The notes beneath the pieces were generated by a model. The model did no database searches. It was given only the letters and a program-made list of their open reading frames with translations, and was not told the origin of the DNA. The translations under genes and the position numbers were made by a program. Source: Squalus acanthias (lineage: Eukaryota). From it: 64,000 nucleotides of DNA. Numbering within the stretch: position 1 is the stretch's first letter; each line of letters opens with the position of its first letter. Of this stretch, positions 36,792 to 49,275 are shown one piece after another. The stretch is taken from contig CM059432.1 of the NCBI GenBank assembly GCA_030390025.1, positions 133,612,001 through 133,676,000 of the forward strand, written 5' to 3'.

Positions 36792-37536
36792 GGAGTCGAT
36801 TGTAACTTTGGGAAGCTATTGAGCGAGCAATCTCCCAATGTCCTCGGCGAGAGGCCTGAGCCATTTTAATGGTTGGGCCTCATTTCAACATGCATGCCGA
36901 ACTCCGGGCACTGAACCAGCTCACAGGCAGCTCGCCATTCTGGGGGGACGGTGGTGGGGGGGTGGGGGGGGGGGGAAAGGAGGGGCGGGAAATCCGGCAG
37001 CTTCTATGTGGAACCAATCCAGAAGTAATGACTTAAGGAGGGGGAGGCAATCGCGGTGGGGTTGCGCAGGGAGTGTGTGCAGTGGGTGGGAAGATTTTTG
37101 TTGGGGTCCAGGAGTAGCGTTCTGCTTTCCCTGACCCCATAAACATCTTGTAAAAATCCTTGCCTTTGCTGGTTTTCTGAATGGCCTTCCAGATAAGTCA
37201 AACAATTTCCTTTGTGGGGCCAGGAGGACTCTCCCAGGCCCTACAAGGAAAGTCGTAGCCTTCCTTGCCCTGGACTCACCCCTTCCCTCCCGCTGGACTG
37301 TCCTGAAACCCCCTCCCTGCCACTTAACTGGAAGCCAGCATGCGGCCAATGACCACCCAATCATCCGCTCTGTGCCCTATTCTCGCCCGTTCTGGATGGG
37401 AAGTGGAACGGCGGTATATAAATGAAACCTGGCGGTATTTAAATCCACGTGGCCTGCTGCTACCTCTGGCAGATAGCAAATTAATTTGCCGGAACAGTTT
37501 CCCACCGGGAACCCACTCCGACTTAAAATCCACCCC
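36792..37536. mobile_element. Harbinger-type MITE
   Basis: GGAGTCGATTGTAAC / CTTAAAATCCACCCC termini; related to 62367-62911. Confidence 0.55.
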
Positions 37537-38199
37537 ACGACTTGCCATACTGTAACATATTAAAAGTTTAGTATATGCATTAACTTCCACTAAATGTCAC
37601 ACTTGCTTTGTGCAACATCTTTCTGGTCACACCTTGAAGTGGCTACATCCTTTGAAATTTCAGCAGCAGCTCTTTAGGGACGGCCGATGGGCAAGTTGCA
37701 CATCTTCGTCACCACTTTAGTAAGCTCCCAGCACGAGGCACCATGTGGGCTGGGGGCTCACACTGAATAATTAACTAGCGCTAACTCCAGAAAGGCCTGG
37801 AAGATCGGCCCATAGCGATGTAGGTGGACACGACACTCACTGCATTCCATGCCCACTGCTTTCGCACTGGGATGGAAATATTACCCTTCTCCCCCTCCCC
37901 CCCACCCCCCTGCACCATGCATATGGTAAGGGCTACAGCCATTCCAAACTCCTTTCATATCATGGCTGTTATTCTAAGATCGGTTTGCTGTTCCTTGGCT
38001 GCCACCTGAAAACTGTGTCCTACAGCACAAAGGAGGAGTGTGTGTCAAAGGGCAGTAGCTGTGTACAATAGTTAAATGGTATCTCCCAGAGAGTGCTATA
38101 GTTCCCAGCTTAGGTACGTGCCAAGCCTGAAGGGCCCCACAAAATATCTATGCAAAAGGAGCATATCTCCTTCTGATACCAGCAAACCTCTTCCTCATT

Positions 38200-38380
38200 T
38201 GCAGCCAGGTGTCCAGGTGTGAGAGATCTGGATAACTACACTGACTCTGTTGATGACCTTCATCCCCACATAAGTCCATCCTCTTTTGGTGCACCTCCTG
38301 CAGCAAGACCTCCAGCTCAACATCTCTGCTATGCGACTGTGAAAAATGGGTCCACTTTTTTTTGCCACCGCCACAAACTC
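38200..38380 (+). pseudogene. Harbinger transposase N-terminal remnant
   Basis: LVHLLQQDLQ...FFAT resembles the HARBI1 N-terminal region; heavily decayed. Confidence 0.4.
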
Positions 38381-38769
38381 CTCTTTAATGGTGAACTGCA
38401 GCCCTTTAAGAACTGCTGCATCGCCAGATTTTATCCCCTCCCCTCCTCCACCTATGCCCCCATCCATCCCCATCCAGGTGCACTACAGTGCCAGCTTTCT
38501 GGGCAAGGTTTTGATGGGCCAATAGCCTATTTACAATTAGGGGGAGGGACTCCCAATGCTAACTTCAGCGTGATCTGCCTTCTACATTAGTAGCTCAAGT
38601 GAACCTGCACCATGCGTCAACTGAACTCCATCTGTCCCTTTTCCACGAATTGCAGCTCAAATGGGCTGAAAAGAATCTTCATTAAAATCTATCTTGTGAC
38701 CACTGAAACCGATACAATCACTGTAATTAAAAAATAGGGCACTGTAACCCTCCCCTGTCCTACTGCTTT

Positions 38770-39172
38770 TTAAATTTTAAAATTCTTATCCTTGTTTTCA
38801 AATCCCTTCATGGCCTTGCCGCTCCCTATCTCTGTAATCTCCTTCAGCCCTCCGAGATGTCTGCGCTCCTCCAATTCTGGCCTCTTGCACATCCCTGATT
38901 TTAATCGCTCAACCATTGGTGGCCGTGCCTTCAGCTGCCTAGGCCCTACATTCTGGAATTCCCTCCCTAAACCTCTCCACCTCTCTACCCCTCTCTCCTC
39001 CTTTAAGACGCTCCTTAAAACCTACCTCTTTGACCAAGCTTTTGGCCATCTGTCCTAATATCTCCTTATTTGGCTTGATGTCAAATTTTGTTTGATAACG
39101 CTCCTGTGAAGCGCCTTGGGACGTTTTACTATGTTAAAGGCGCTATATAAATGCAAGCTGTTGTTGTTGTTG
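38770..39172 (+). mobile_element. L2 3' fragment
   Basis: FKILILVFKSLHGLA...IGGRAFSCLGP..WNSLP..FKTLLKTYLF, with a (ttg)n tail. Confidence 0.92.
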
Positions 39173-39944
39173 CTCCGTCTCATCATTTGCATGTGCCATT
39201 TAACCATTCAAAAAAATCAAGATCCAACAGCAATAGTGAAGAACTGTTAAACCATTCACTGTCCTGGTAAAACTCCCATTATACACACCCTCACATCATT
39301 AATAGCTGTTTTTTCACTGAGAGAAATATTTATTCATTTCCACTCACACCTTGAAGCTATTTTCTTATGAAGTTTCCCAAGACTAAATCAATAGTAGTGG
39401 CAAATTAGCAGTACAAGGCGCTTTGCCAGAGGAAAGTATTGTTCAACTCACTGTGTCCATCAAACAAGCCTACTTAAGTGAATAAATCATATTGCAGAAC
39501 TGTACCAGTTGTCAGAAATTGCATTTTTTTTTTTAAAGGTTCAATGGTAAATAATGCAAATAGATAATAACCTTTTCAAAATTAGTTTTAACTGATGAAA
39601 TTCTGATTTAAAATGACATGTTCCAGTTTCATAAGATTCATAAAGTGTAGGTTTCCCCCATCAACTACACATAGCAGATGCCTTGAATAAATGGCATTAC
39701 TTGAATTTATTGCCATTCAAACTGGCTGGGTCCACCCCACTGCCTTCATTAATTGCTAGAGCTTCCACCCCATTAACGTGTAACTGGTGTGTGATCACCA
39801 GCAGCGCATCATGCAGATGTGCGCCTGCTTTCCTGGCAGCTGCCATGACGCTTTTATATTGCGCCAAACTTCCATCGCGCCCCGCCCCCCCCCCCCACAC
39901 CCCCCCCCCACTCTTTGCCTCTTGCACAGCAAGTGAGAGGCTGG

Positions 39945-40190
39945 CTACTTGGGCTCATGAATCCTTCAGTGGCCAAATTGCACCACAGTCAGATCCATTG
40001 GTTAACTAGAACCCTCATCAAGCAGACCATTGGAGCCATCAAGCAACAGTTCTGATGCCTGCACAGGTCTGTACGGTAGTGGTTTGCTGAATTCTGCACA
40101 ACCTTGCTCTGCAATGGGGGCAATACGTGGAGCCACCTTTGGATGAGGAACTTCAGTATGATGAGGGAGACAACACTGGGATGCTATAGA
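39945..40190 (+). pseudogene. Harbinger transposase C-terminal remnant
   Basis: TRTLIKQTIGAIKQQF*CLHRS...VVVC*ILHNLALQW followed by an acidic tail. Confidence 0.7.
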
Positions 40191-41339
40191 GGATGGTGAG
40201 TAAGTGAGAGGGCTCCAACACTTTCTTACAGTTAGAGCTCTTCAGCAGCAGCTCCTTGAAGAGTGCTTCAACTGAACAATCCCTGCGCCCCTGCATTAAC
40301 GCTCATTCTCAACATCTCTCCCACTCCTTCCACCCTCAAATGAATTTAGTTTGCCACATTAATATCAATGTCATCTAGCATTCAAGGATCACCAACTATG
40401 ACGGGAACACTCTCTTCACACAAAGGGTTCCAAAAAGGTTATAATGTTTATGCCTTATCCAGATGCCTAAATGTGGCTATCACTCTGTTGTGAGCCCACA
40501 TTGGTTCTCTGAAGTACTCTCTTACTTGGTCTAGTGTTCCTATAGGGTGCTCCATCAGGTGGCTCCGCTATAGGATGTGGAAGGCTGCTGTGGCTCAGTC
40601 AACGACTCTTGAAATGTTCACGGTTAGTGACCTCTAGGAGCTTGAGCCTGATGGAGCCCGGCTGCGGGTTGCTGCAACACGTCTGCCAGGGCACTCTGGC
40701 CCAGCTGGCGCCATGGCGGGCATTGGTTCAGCGAATCATGAGGGTCCAGGCATGTTGTCATACTGAGAGATTGGAACGTGCTCCATTCTTATCACACAAC
40801 TACCTCTGCTACTGGGCTGCGGCTCAGTGCTCCCACTGATCTGCAGGAGAGCAGACTGCAGGACATCCGTGATCAGCCTAAAGTCTCTATCCATTTGGTC
40901 TCCTAGCCTTTCAAATGTAAATTTATTGACAGCAGTATTAAGAGTTGGTTCCAATTGGCCTTACTGCCACTCAAACTATATACAGATAATCAGGAATGTG
41001 CGGAAATTACTCCCATTCCATCAATGGTTAACATATAAAAGTTGCCACAGGAGCATTAAGCCCTGCTGGCACTAATGGAAAATGACAGTTTTAACTGATG
41101 GGGACAGTTCAACAACCCTAGCTTTGGCTCGTGAACGCAAAATACTTTATACTGGAGCCAAATTGGCTCAGTGGCTTTGCTCCAATCGCACAACTTACCC
41201 TTCTCCGAAAATACTCCTCCCATAAGTGTTACCTGAGCTGGCATTGCTTACAGTGAATTGATTTTTGCTGTCACATTCTTCGTTAGATTTCATACTTGAA
41301 GTAATTTGATTGCATTCAGCATGGTTTAACATAGAAAAT

Positions 41340-41520
41340 CAGAGACAAAAACGTAAGATGCTGGAAATATATAGTAGGCCATTAGCATTTGAAAAGAGAA
41401 AAGAGAGGTTAACATTTTAGGTAGAGCCAGAAATTGGGAGGAGAGCAAATACCTTTATACAACTGAACAAAATGAAGAGGGGAAGGGAAACAACAGGAAA
41501 AAGGCAAGAATCAAATATAC
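41340..41520 (-). mobile_element. Very degraded Penelope-type tail
   Basis: Weak similarity to 50930-51209 (gatgctggaaat...gttaacattttaggt). Confidence 0.35.
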
Positions 41521-41547
41521 TAATTATTATCCCAAAAAAAAGTTAAT

Positions 41548-42312
41548 GGCCTATAAATTCGCGTGGCCGGCTTGCCGCGGGGGTAAGGATCACGCGCGCT
41601 CTTACCCACCGCGCCTGCCGTTGTGTTTCGGGCCCACAGGAACTTCGGGTCCCGGGCCTCTCCCTAGTGCCGGCGCGCAGTGCTTGCGTGTTCCAGGGGC
41701 GCAGTTAGTGCGATGCGACCCCTGGGATCACGTGGGCCATGGAGAGCCAATAGCAGCAGACCATCTTTCATTCATAGATTTGACAGGAGACCAGTCAAAT
41801 CTGTGAATTGAAATCGGCCCCAAAAGAACAGCTAAACTTAAAATAAATTTTTTTTAAAAACCATCACATTTATAAAATAACTATAGTTAAATAAATTAAC
41901 CACTTTAAACAAAAATTTAAATTTTTGAAAAAATTAAAATACTTTTTAAAAGTTATAAAAATAAACTTACCTTTCTTTAAAGTATCTAACAAAGATAAAC
42001 GTGTTGAAAAAAAATTAAAATTATACTTAATTAACTACTTACCTTGTTCAAAAGGGGTCTTACGCCTCCTTTTTACTAGCGTAGAATCTTCAATACTTAC
42101 CCTCGCATTGAAACCTGAAAAAAAATCTAAGTGTGCTGCGTGCGCGCAGCCTCTAGCGCGCACGCGGTTCACCTAGGAACCGCCCCCTTCACCATACCGG
42201 AAGTTCCGGTTTCCCGCGCATGCGCAGTGCATGCAGTAAACCGGCACTCCGGGAATGAATACGGGTGAGTACGGACTGTGTACTCACCCAGGAACGGCCG
42301 AATTTTTGGGCC
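41548..42312 (-). mobile_element. Harbinger-type MITE family B, copy 2
   Basis: GGCCTATAAATTC/GAATTTTTGGGCC, TSD AAT. Inverted relative to 14375-15133. Confidence 0.8.
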
Positions 42313-42315
42313 AAT

Positions 42316-43210
42316 GGGGGAAAAATTCAGTCGCGCCCCATTTGGGGCGCAAATATCGTCCGGGCGCAAAAATTAGTGCCTGGCGCTAATTATCGCCACT
42401 GACTGGAAACTTCACTTTTATCGACCCCTGAGGTGATTGGAGCGCTAAATCAGGCGCTTCACACCTGTCTTAAGGCGCAAAGGCCGAGGAGCGAGGCGCT
42501 AACTCAGAGCGCTGGCGAAGCTCATGTGATGTTAGTCAGCAATGGAACACACACTCAATGGCACCGGCCAGTTCTTAAAGGGGATGGTTGATCTTGCTTT
42601 CCATCCACATCCTGCTCATTGCAGCCTTGAATCCCGGCCTGGAGAGACCTGCACATCAAATCTGCTGGAAAGAACAATGGAGATTACCAGGGAAAGAGCT
42701 TAGAGTGCAGCCCCAACAGTCTCTTCTAAATCGATACATGGAATGGCAAATCAAAATGAAGCTGCAAAGTGCTGCTCAGTACCCAAAACTCCTTCACACA
42801 ACGTTGAATCTCTCCAGATGTCTCTCTCTCTCTCTCTCTCAGAATGCATAGTTCAAAAATGGCACCAACAATAAAAGGCAGGAAGCGGTCACCTTTAAAT
42901 ATCGCTCCCCCAGTCCCTTCATGACTGCAGAACGCTCCCCTCAACCTGTCGTTGCTAGCGTCAGGCGGTAAGGCAGGGGGCGCCACTCAATATCCGCTCC
43001 GGGGCGATACCGGGGCGTTGCACACTCGACTGACGTCACGATCTGCCGGCGCAGGAGATCGTGGCGGTAGTGTTTAGCGCCGCCGCAAAATGTCTAGTTA
43101 AGTTCGCGAGCGGCGCAAACATCGCTGTGCCCGGGCGCTAGCTGCTTTGCGCCCCATTAGCGCCCTCTTAAGGCGCTAACGGGAGGCGCAACCAACTGAA
43201 TTTTTCCCCC
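42316..43210 (-). mobile_element. Harbinger-type MITE family A, copy 3 (895 bp, inverted)
   Basis: Same TIRs, TSD AAT. Confidence 0.92.
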
Positions 43211-43396
43211 AATATGTTTAGTGGATTTTGAATACATTTTTGAAAATGTTAGAAAAAGAAGCAGTAGAATGAAGGAATGGAAAATTAGAGACTACCTTAC
43301 TTTAATCTTGATGCGGAGATGCCGGTGTTGGACTGGGGTGGACAAAAGTGAGAAGTCGCACAACACCAGGTTATAGTCCAACAGTTTTATTTGAAA

Positions 43397-43434
43397 TCAC
43401 AAGCTTTCGGAGCGGCTGCTCCTTCGTCAGGTGA
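43397..43434 (-). ncRNA. Minimal type I hammerhead ribozyme motif
   Basis: ucac CUGACGA a GGAGC agcc GCUCC GAAA GC UU guga. Confidence 0.75.
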
Positions 43435-43750
43435 AGTAAAGGAATACAAATCGACAAAGCATATATAGATAGAGAACAATGCATGTGAAGCGTACAATGG
43501 CAGACGACTACATTTAATCCTCCTGACTGTCTTTTGTCACACCTCGGCAGATAAACAATCAGGTCAGCCAGGAAGGCACCACATCAAAGACATAGCAAGA
43601 TACAACTGAGACAATGAGGTGGGGTTACAGGAGGTCTAATGTGTCAAAAGCTGCAGTCGGTATGGAAAACGATAAACTTTAAAAAATTTTACTTATTTTT
43701 ACTGGAAATCATATCTGAACAAGCCAACGACGACTCGAGTCTGGATAACT

Positions 43751-44832
43751 CTACGTCATGTATCGTGACATGAACCCAAGATCCCGGTTGAGGCCGTCCT
43801 CATGAGTGTGGAACTTGGCTATCAGTTTCTGCTCGATGATTTTGCGTTGTCGTGTGTCTCTAAGGCCGCCTTGGAGAACGCTTACCCGCAGATCAGAGGC
43901 TGAATGTCCTTGACTGCTGAAGTGTTCCCCGACTGGGAGGTAACAATCCTGCCTGGCGATTGTTGCACGGTGTCCGTTCATACGTTGTCTCAGTGTCTGC
44001 ATGGTCTCGCCGATGTACCATGCCGCGGTGCATTCGTTCCTGCAACGTATCAGGTAGACAACGTTGGCCGAGTCACATGAGTATGTACCATGTACCTGGT
44101 GGGTAGTGTCCTCACGTGTGATGATGGTATCTGTGTTGATGATCTGGCATGTCTTGCAGAGGTTGCCGTGGCAGGGTTGTGTGGTGTCGTGGTCGCTGTT
44201 ATCCTGAAAGCTGGGTAATTTGCTGCGAACGATGGTACTTCTGAGGTTAGGCGGCTGTTTGAAGGCAAGTAGTGGAGGCGTGGGGATGGCCTTACCGAGG
44301 TGTTCGTCGTCATCGATGACATGTTGAAGGCTGCGAAGAACATGGCGTAGTTTCTCCACTCCGGGGAAGTACTGGACGACGTAGGATACCCTGTTGGTTG
44401 TGTCCCGTGTTTGCCTTCTGAGGAGGTCTATGCGATTTTTCGCTGTGGCCCGTCGGAACTGTCGATCGATGAGTCGAGCGTCATATCCCGTTCTTACGAG
44501 GGCTTTTTTCAGCGTCCGTAGTTGTCCATCGCGTTCCTCCTCGTCTGAGCAGATCCTGTGTATTCGCAGGGCTTGTCCATAGGGGATGGCTTCTTTAACG
44601 TGGTTAGGGTGGAAGCTGGAGAAGTGGAGCATCGTGAGGTTGTCCGTGGGCTTGCGGTAGAGTGAAGTGCTGAGGGGTCCGTCTTTGATGGAGATTTGTG
44701 TGTCCAGGAATGAAACCGATTCTGAGTAGTCCATGGTGAGTTTGATGGTGGGATGGAACTTGTTGATGTTATCGTGTAGTCTTTTCAGTGATCCATCGCC
44801 GTGGGTCCAAAGGAAGAAAATGTCGTCGATGT
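43751..44832 (-). CDS. Penelope RT C-terminus (YIDD) + GIY-YIG endonuclease, truncated but open
   Basis: YIDDIF, FLD, YRKPT, C..C, NVVYLIRC, YIGET..R...H, E..I and GLN motifs. Confidence 0.88.
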
Positions 44833-44932
44833 AAAGGCAGTCAGGAGGATTAAATGTAGTCGTCTGCCATTGTACGTTACACATGCATTGTTCTCTATCT
44901 ATATATGCTTTGTCGATTTGTATTCCTTTACT

Positions 44933-44970
44933 TCACCTGATGAAGGAGCAGCCGCTCCGAAAGCTTGTGA
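44933..44970 (+). ncRNA. Minimal type I hammerhead ribozyme motif (inverted pLTR copy)
   Basis: ucac CUGAUGA a GGAGC agcc GCUCC GAAA GC UU guga. Confidence 0.75.
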
Positions 44971-45878
44971 TTTCAAATAAAACTGTTGGACTATAACCTG
45001 GTGTTGTGCGACTTCTCACTTTTTACTTTAATCTATACTAGCTTGTTCAGTAAAGCCTTCTTACTTTCTCAAGTCTCATAAGTTGTATTATATCAATATC
45101 TCCAAATGTTTTCAAAGTACCCTATGTCTTGCCATTACCACTGTATCAGAAACCGGCCATCAGGAGTTGCCAACAACACGGGTTAGAGTGACTCACCTTC
45201 GAAATTTACTACTCCAGTTGGGAATTGTCTGGCTTCCACTCTGGGCCTGTGCTGTTGTGGCTCAAGAGAGAACATCATGGGCAATGACTAGAACCTAGAA
45301 GGGGAACTGTCCCAGGTCATCACTTATATCAGTACCGGGGAGTTTTAGTGAATGCTTAGTTCAGACACAGTTCTTTGAGACCAGACTGGAAAGTAGTGAA
45401 GAACACTATGGTCGGTCTTGTCTTTCTTCAATGACAGCAAAATTCCAATGAACATGACGTATTTGGATTTTGTATATGTTTGTACAGCTAGCTTCAGAGT
45501 CTTAGCTGGAGCTCAAGCGCCTATGTTCAAAGCGTTAGTAAGTTGCATCTTTACTGTTTTTCATAAGCGAGGAATGCAGGAATTGATTGTTTTCAGTGCT
45601 AAAACTATATTCCGTTCATTTGTGTAAAGTGAGGCAAAAGCACATGTGATAATTCAGTAGCCAGCACACTGGGGCAAGGGTTCACCATTATGATCCTCAG
45701 GTCATGCTACCATTGAACTAGATATTGGGTAGTAAAAGTTGCACTCTGGATCATAGGGAACACGAGGTCTGCTTATGGGAGTGACTGATGACACTGAGAA
45801 CACCTAGTGCAAAAACACAGGAATTGTGACAACAGGTTAAGCTGTGACGTTAAAAAGATGTTTGTCTAAACTGTTCTC

Positions 45879-46573
45879 GATGTGGAGATGCCGGCGTTGG
45901 ACTGGGGTGGACAAAAATGAGAAGTCGCACAACACCAGGTTATAGTCCAACAGATTTATTTAATTTTACAAGCTTTCGGAGCGGTTCGCTCCTTCCTCAG
46001 GTAAGTTAGCAGTGAGAGAATCTCCCAGAATTCACAATTTAAACACAGACAAAATCTATTCAAATCTTTCCCTACATCAAAGACACACTAAGAGTACAGC
46101 CAAGACAATGAGATGTGTCCCAGGGGGTCCAACGTGTCAAACCACCTGCTGGCTGCATATCCTGTCAATTTGTGTTGGTTCTTGTGTTAGTCTTTTTAAA
46201 AAAAAAAACACCTGGGAAGACCGGCCATGATGTCAAGTCACGTTCTGTATCGTGACATGAACCCGATATCGCGATTGAGGCCATCCTCATGAGTGCGGAA
46301 CTTGGCTATCAGTTTCTGCTCTATGATTTTGCGCTGTCGTGTATCCCGAAGGCCGCCTTGGAGAACGCTTACCCGCAGATCCGAGGCTGAATGCCCCTGG
46401 CTGCTGAAGTGTTCCCCGACTGGGAGGCAACCCTCCTGCCTGGCGATTGTTGCGCGGTGTCCGTTCATACGTTGTCTCAGTGTCTGCATGGTCTCGCCGA
46501 TGTACCATGCTCTGGAGCATCCTTTACTGCAACGTATCAGGTAGACAACGTTGGCCGAGTCACATGAGTATGT
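45879..46573 (-). mobile_element. Penelope-like 3' fragment (GIY-YIG end + pLTR)
   Basis: ORF 46238-46489 is nearly identical to the C-terminus of 43751-44832; same terminal sequence. Confidence 0.9.
45966..46004 (-). ncRNA. Minimal hammerhead ribozyme motif with compensatory stem I
   Basis: uuac CUGAGGA a GGAGCG aac CGCUCC GAAA GC UU guaa. Confidence 0.75.
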
Positions 46574-48265
46574 GGTTTGAAACTCCTAGGCACGTAACAA
46601 AAGGGCCTCTGTTATAAGTGTGAAACCTGGCAGTGTAACAATAATCCCCGCTTGTGACCTGAATCAGATGGCCATGTCTTTCGTACGTGTGCTTCTGTGA
46701 GGGCGGGCTGAGCATAAACTTGGTGAAATGAGGCCAGATACAAGTTGCTAAGCTGCTTTATTTCACAGTGAGGTGAACATACAGAACAGCAGTTGTGACC
46801 AAACTCACTTAATACAATAAACTTATCTTCACATAATAGAACAAAATAAAGAGCATGCCATGCTTCCCCACATCAGTGAGTTATCTTACTTGGCTTAAAA
46901 GTAATTTCTGACTACCACCTCCTTCACTCCAATCTTCTTGCATGCTTTTGCTGCCTAACTGCCTTGCAGCTTTCTGTTTCAAAAACCTTTGCTTGTGTCT
47001 GTGTCTGTGTGTTCGATCTCTCCCCGTTCAGAGCCAAACAAGGAAGGCCTGCCAGACCTCCTGTAGAGTGCCTGGGTCCAGTGATTGCCCAACACAATGG
47101 GTGTGAGCCATGTATTGATTACCAAAACAAGTTAACAAAATTACTTTTTATTTAGTCTATGAAGAAACATTATCAAAGCTACCTCATTTGCATTTTAACT
47201 AGCTATCGTTTCAGACCTCATCTCTTTATTTCAACTTGCATGGATACAATATGCTTTAAAACACACCATTTAAAGTAACTGTTTTTTCCAAATCTTGTCT
47301 ATGAAAAAACAGTCAACACAGCTTCCCTTGATCCATCCAAAACAGATGTATTTGTGGCAATAAGGGGAAAGAGGTGCAGGTATAATGGACTCCAGCATAC
47401 ACTAACCTGGGAATGAGTACACTGGAGGACATTGCCTCACAAAGGATATATATCTTTGTCAAAGTATGAGGACCCAAATTAACAAGTAAGCATTGGACTT
47501 GGATATCCAAAACATAAAGGTGGCTGGCGTGCCACAAACCGTTCTGCATTGGTCTATCCACCATGTTGAAGGCGGATGTCTAATGCACAGCTTATGAGGA
47601 AACGCTGAGGCTTGGGATTGCACCTTCTGGGAGTTATTACCTGAAGCTAGGTATGAAAGCCTGTACTCATATATCCAGGACTCAAGTGTCTACCATGAAT
47701 GGGTAATAAACAGGCAAGCAACTGCTGCTGAATATTTGCACCTCAAAATAGGAGGAGTCACAATTCAATGAGGTTATGGTGTGACCCCTTGCTGTGGTCA
47801 GATGGATGGCAGAAAGGAACTCACACATTTTATGCTGAGCTATGCTCCTCACAAGGAGCTTCTGATAACTACTGTCTACCAAGCCAGGGCTCAAATCCAC
47901 ACTTGTCAGTTGTCTAATGATCAACTAGTGACTATCTTTGTGGGGTCTAAATAGGTTTCTCTGGGGTCAAAGTGGCTCCAGGAGGCAATGGAAGTTTGGA
48001 ACCAAGGCAACTCTCTATGGGAAACTCAGTACTCTGATCCCCAAGCCAAACAGGTCCATTAGTCCAAAACACTGTTGACCAGCCAGCTCTTGAATAAAAC
48101 TTGTAGGGATAGGCATGTCACTGGGGCTGGGATTTTTCCCGCTCGGCTCCAGATAACTCTGCAAGCCAAAGTCCAAGGAGTAGGGTGATGCTGGCTGGCC
48201 AAGAAACAGGAAGCTTACTAATGCTCCATGCTGATAGGCTGCAGACAATTTGAAAACCCACACCT

Positions 48266-49066
48266 AACTTTGGTAGAAAAAACAGAAAGGCAGAGTATTT
48301 CCTAAATGGTGAAAGATTGGGGAATGCAGATGCTCAAAAGGGACCTTGGTGTCCTTCTACATGAGTCACTGAAAGTGAATGTGCAGGTGCAGCAAGCCAT
48401 TAGGAAGGCAAATGGTATGCTGGCCTTCATTACAAGAGGATTGGAGTACAGGAGTAAAGAAGTCTTACTCCAATTATATAGGGCCTTGGTGAGACCACAC
48501 CTGGAGTACTGTGTACAATTTTGGTCTCCTTACCTAAGGAAGGATATACTTGCCATAGAGGGAGTGCAATGAAGGTTCGCGAGATTGATTCCTGGGATGG
48601 CGGGACTGTCGTATGAGAAGAGATTGAGTAAACTAGGCCTGTATTCTCTTGAGTTCAGAAGAATGAGAGGGGATCTCATTGAAGCATACAAAATTATTAC
48701 AGGGCTTGATAGGATGGATGCTGGGAGAATGTTTCCCTTGGCTGGGGAGTCTAGAACCAGGGGCCACAGCCTCAAGATAAAGGGTAGGCCATTCAGGACT
48801 GAGATGAGAAGACATTTCTTCACACAGAGGGTGGTGAATCTTTGGAATTCTCTACCCCAGAGGGCTGTGGAGGCTCAGTCATTGGGTATATTCAAAACAG
48901 AAGTCGATAGATTTCTGACTAGTAAGGGCATCAAGGGATATGGCGATAGGGCCGGTGAATGGAGTTGAGGCAGAAGATCAGCCATGATCTCATTGAATGG
49001 TGGAGCAGGCTCGAAGGGCCGAATGGCCTACTCCTGCTCCTATTTCTTATGTTCTTCTGTTCTTAT
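48266..49066 (+). mobile_element. CR1 3' fragment
   Basis: RDLGV, RPHLEYCVQFWSP and FFTQRVV motifs; internal stop at 48570; 3' tail. Confidence 0.92.
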
Positions 49067-49275
49067 GGTGGCTGGATGTGTTCCTAGGTAGAGAATGTGT
49101 GCACTCGGTATCAAAAAAGTCTATTTTGTGTGCATTTCTCAGCTTTGTTTAAAGATTCTAAAACATGATGATGGGTTTCTGCTGATCCAACATTCGGCTG
49201 ACCAAAACACAAAACCTCTGCGCTTCCCCTGTCAACATATCTCTGAGGTATGGAGTTTATTATATAGATAACATA

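Larger units (their letters stand above)
43309..45022 (-). mobile_element. Penelope-like retroelement, 5'-truncated, with inverted pseudo-LTR
   Basis: RT plus GIY-YIG ORF. About 190-bp inverted repeat 43344-43534 / 44833-45023. 12-bp duplication TTACTTTAATCT at 43297 and 45023. Confidence 0.92.

Noticed and set aside
44833..44884. N-terminal 17 residues of the 377-aa Penelope ORF
   Set aside because: They derive from the inverted pLTR, not from the real protein.
45197..45294. Minus-strand AG...GTGAGT exon-like segment
   Set aside because: Stop codons in all three frames.
46608..47320. Solo LTR
   Set aside because: TG...CA ends are possible, but I found no matching TSD or second copy.
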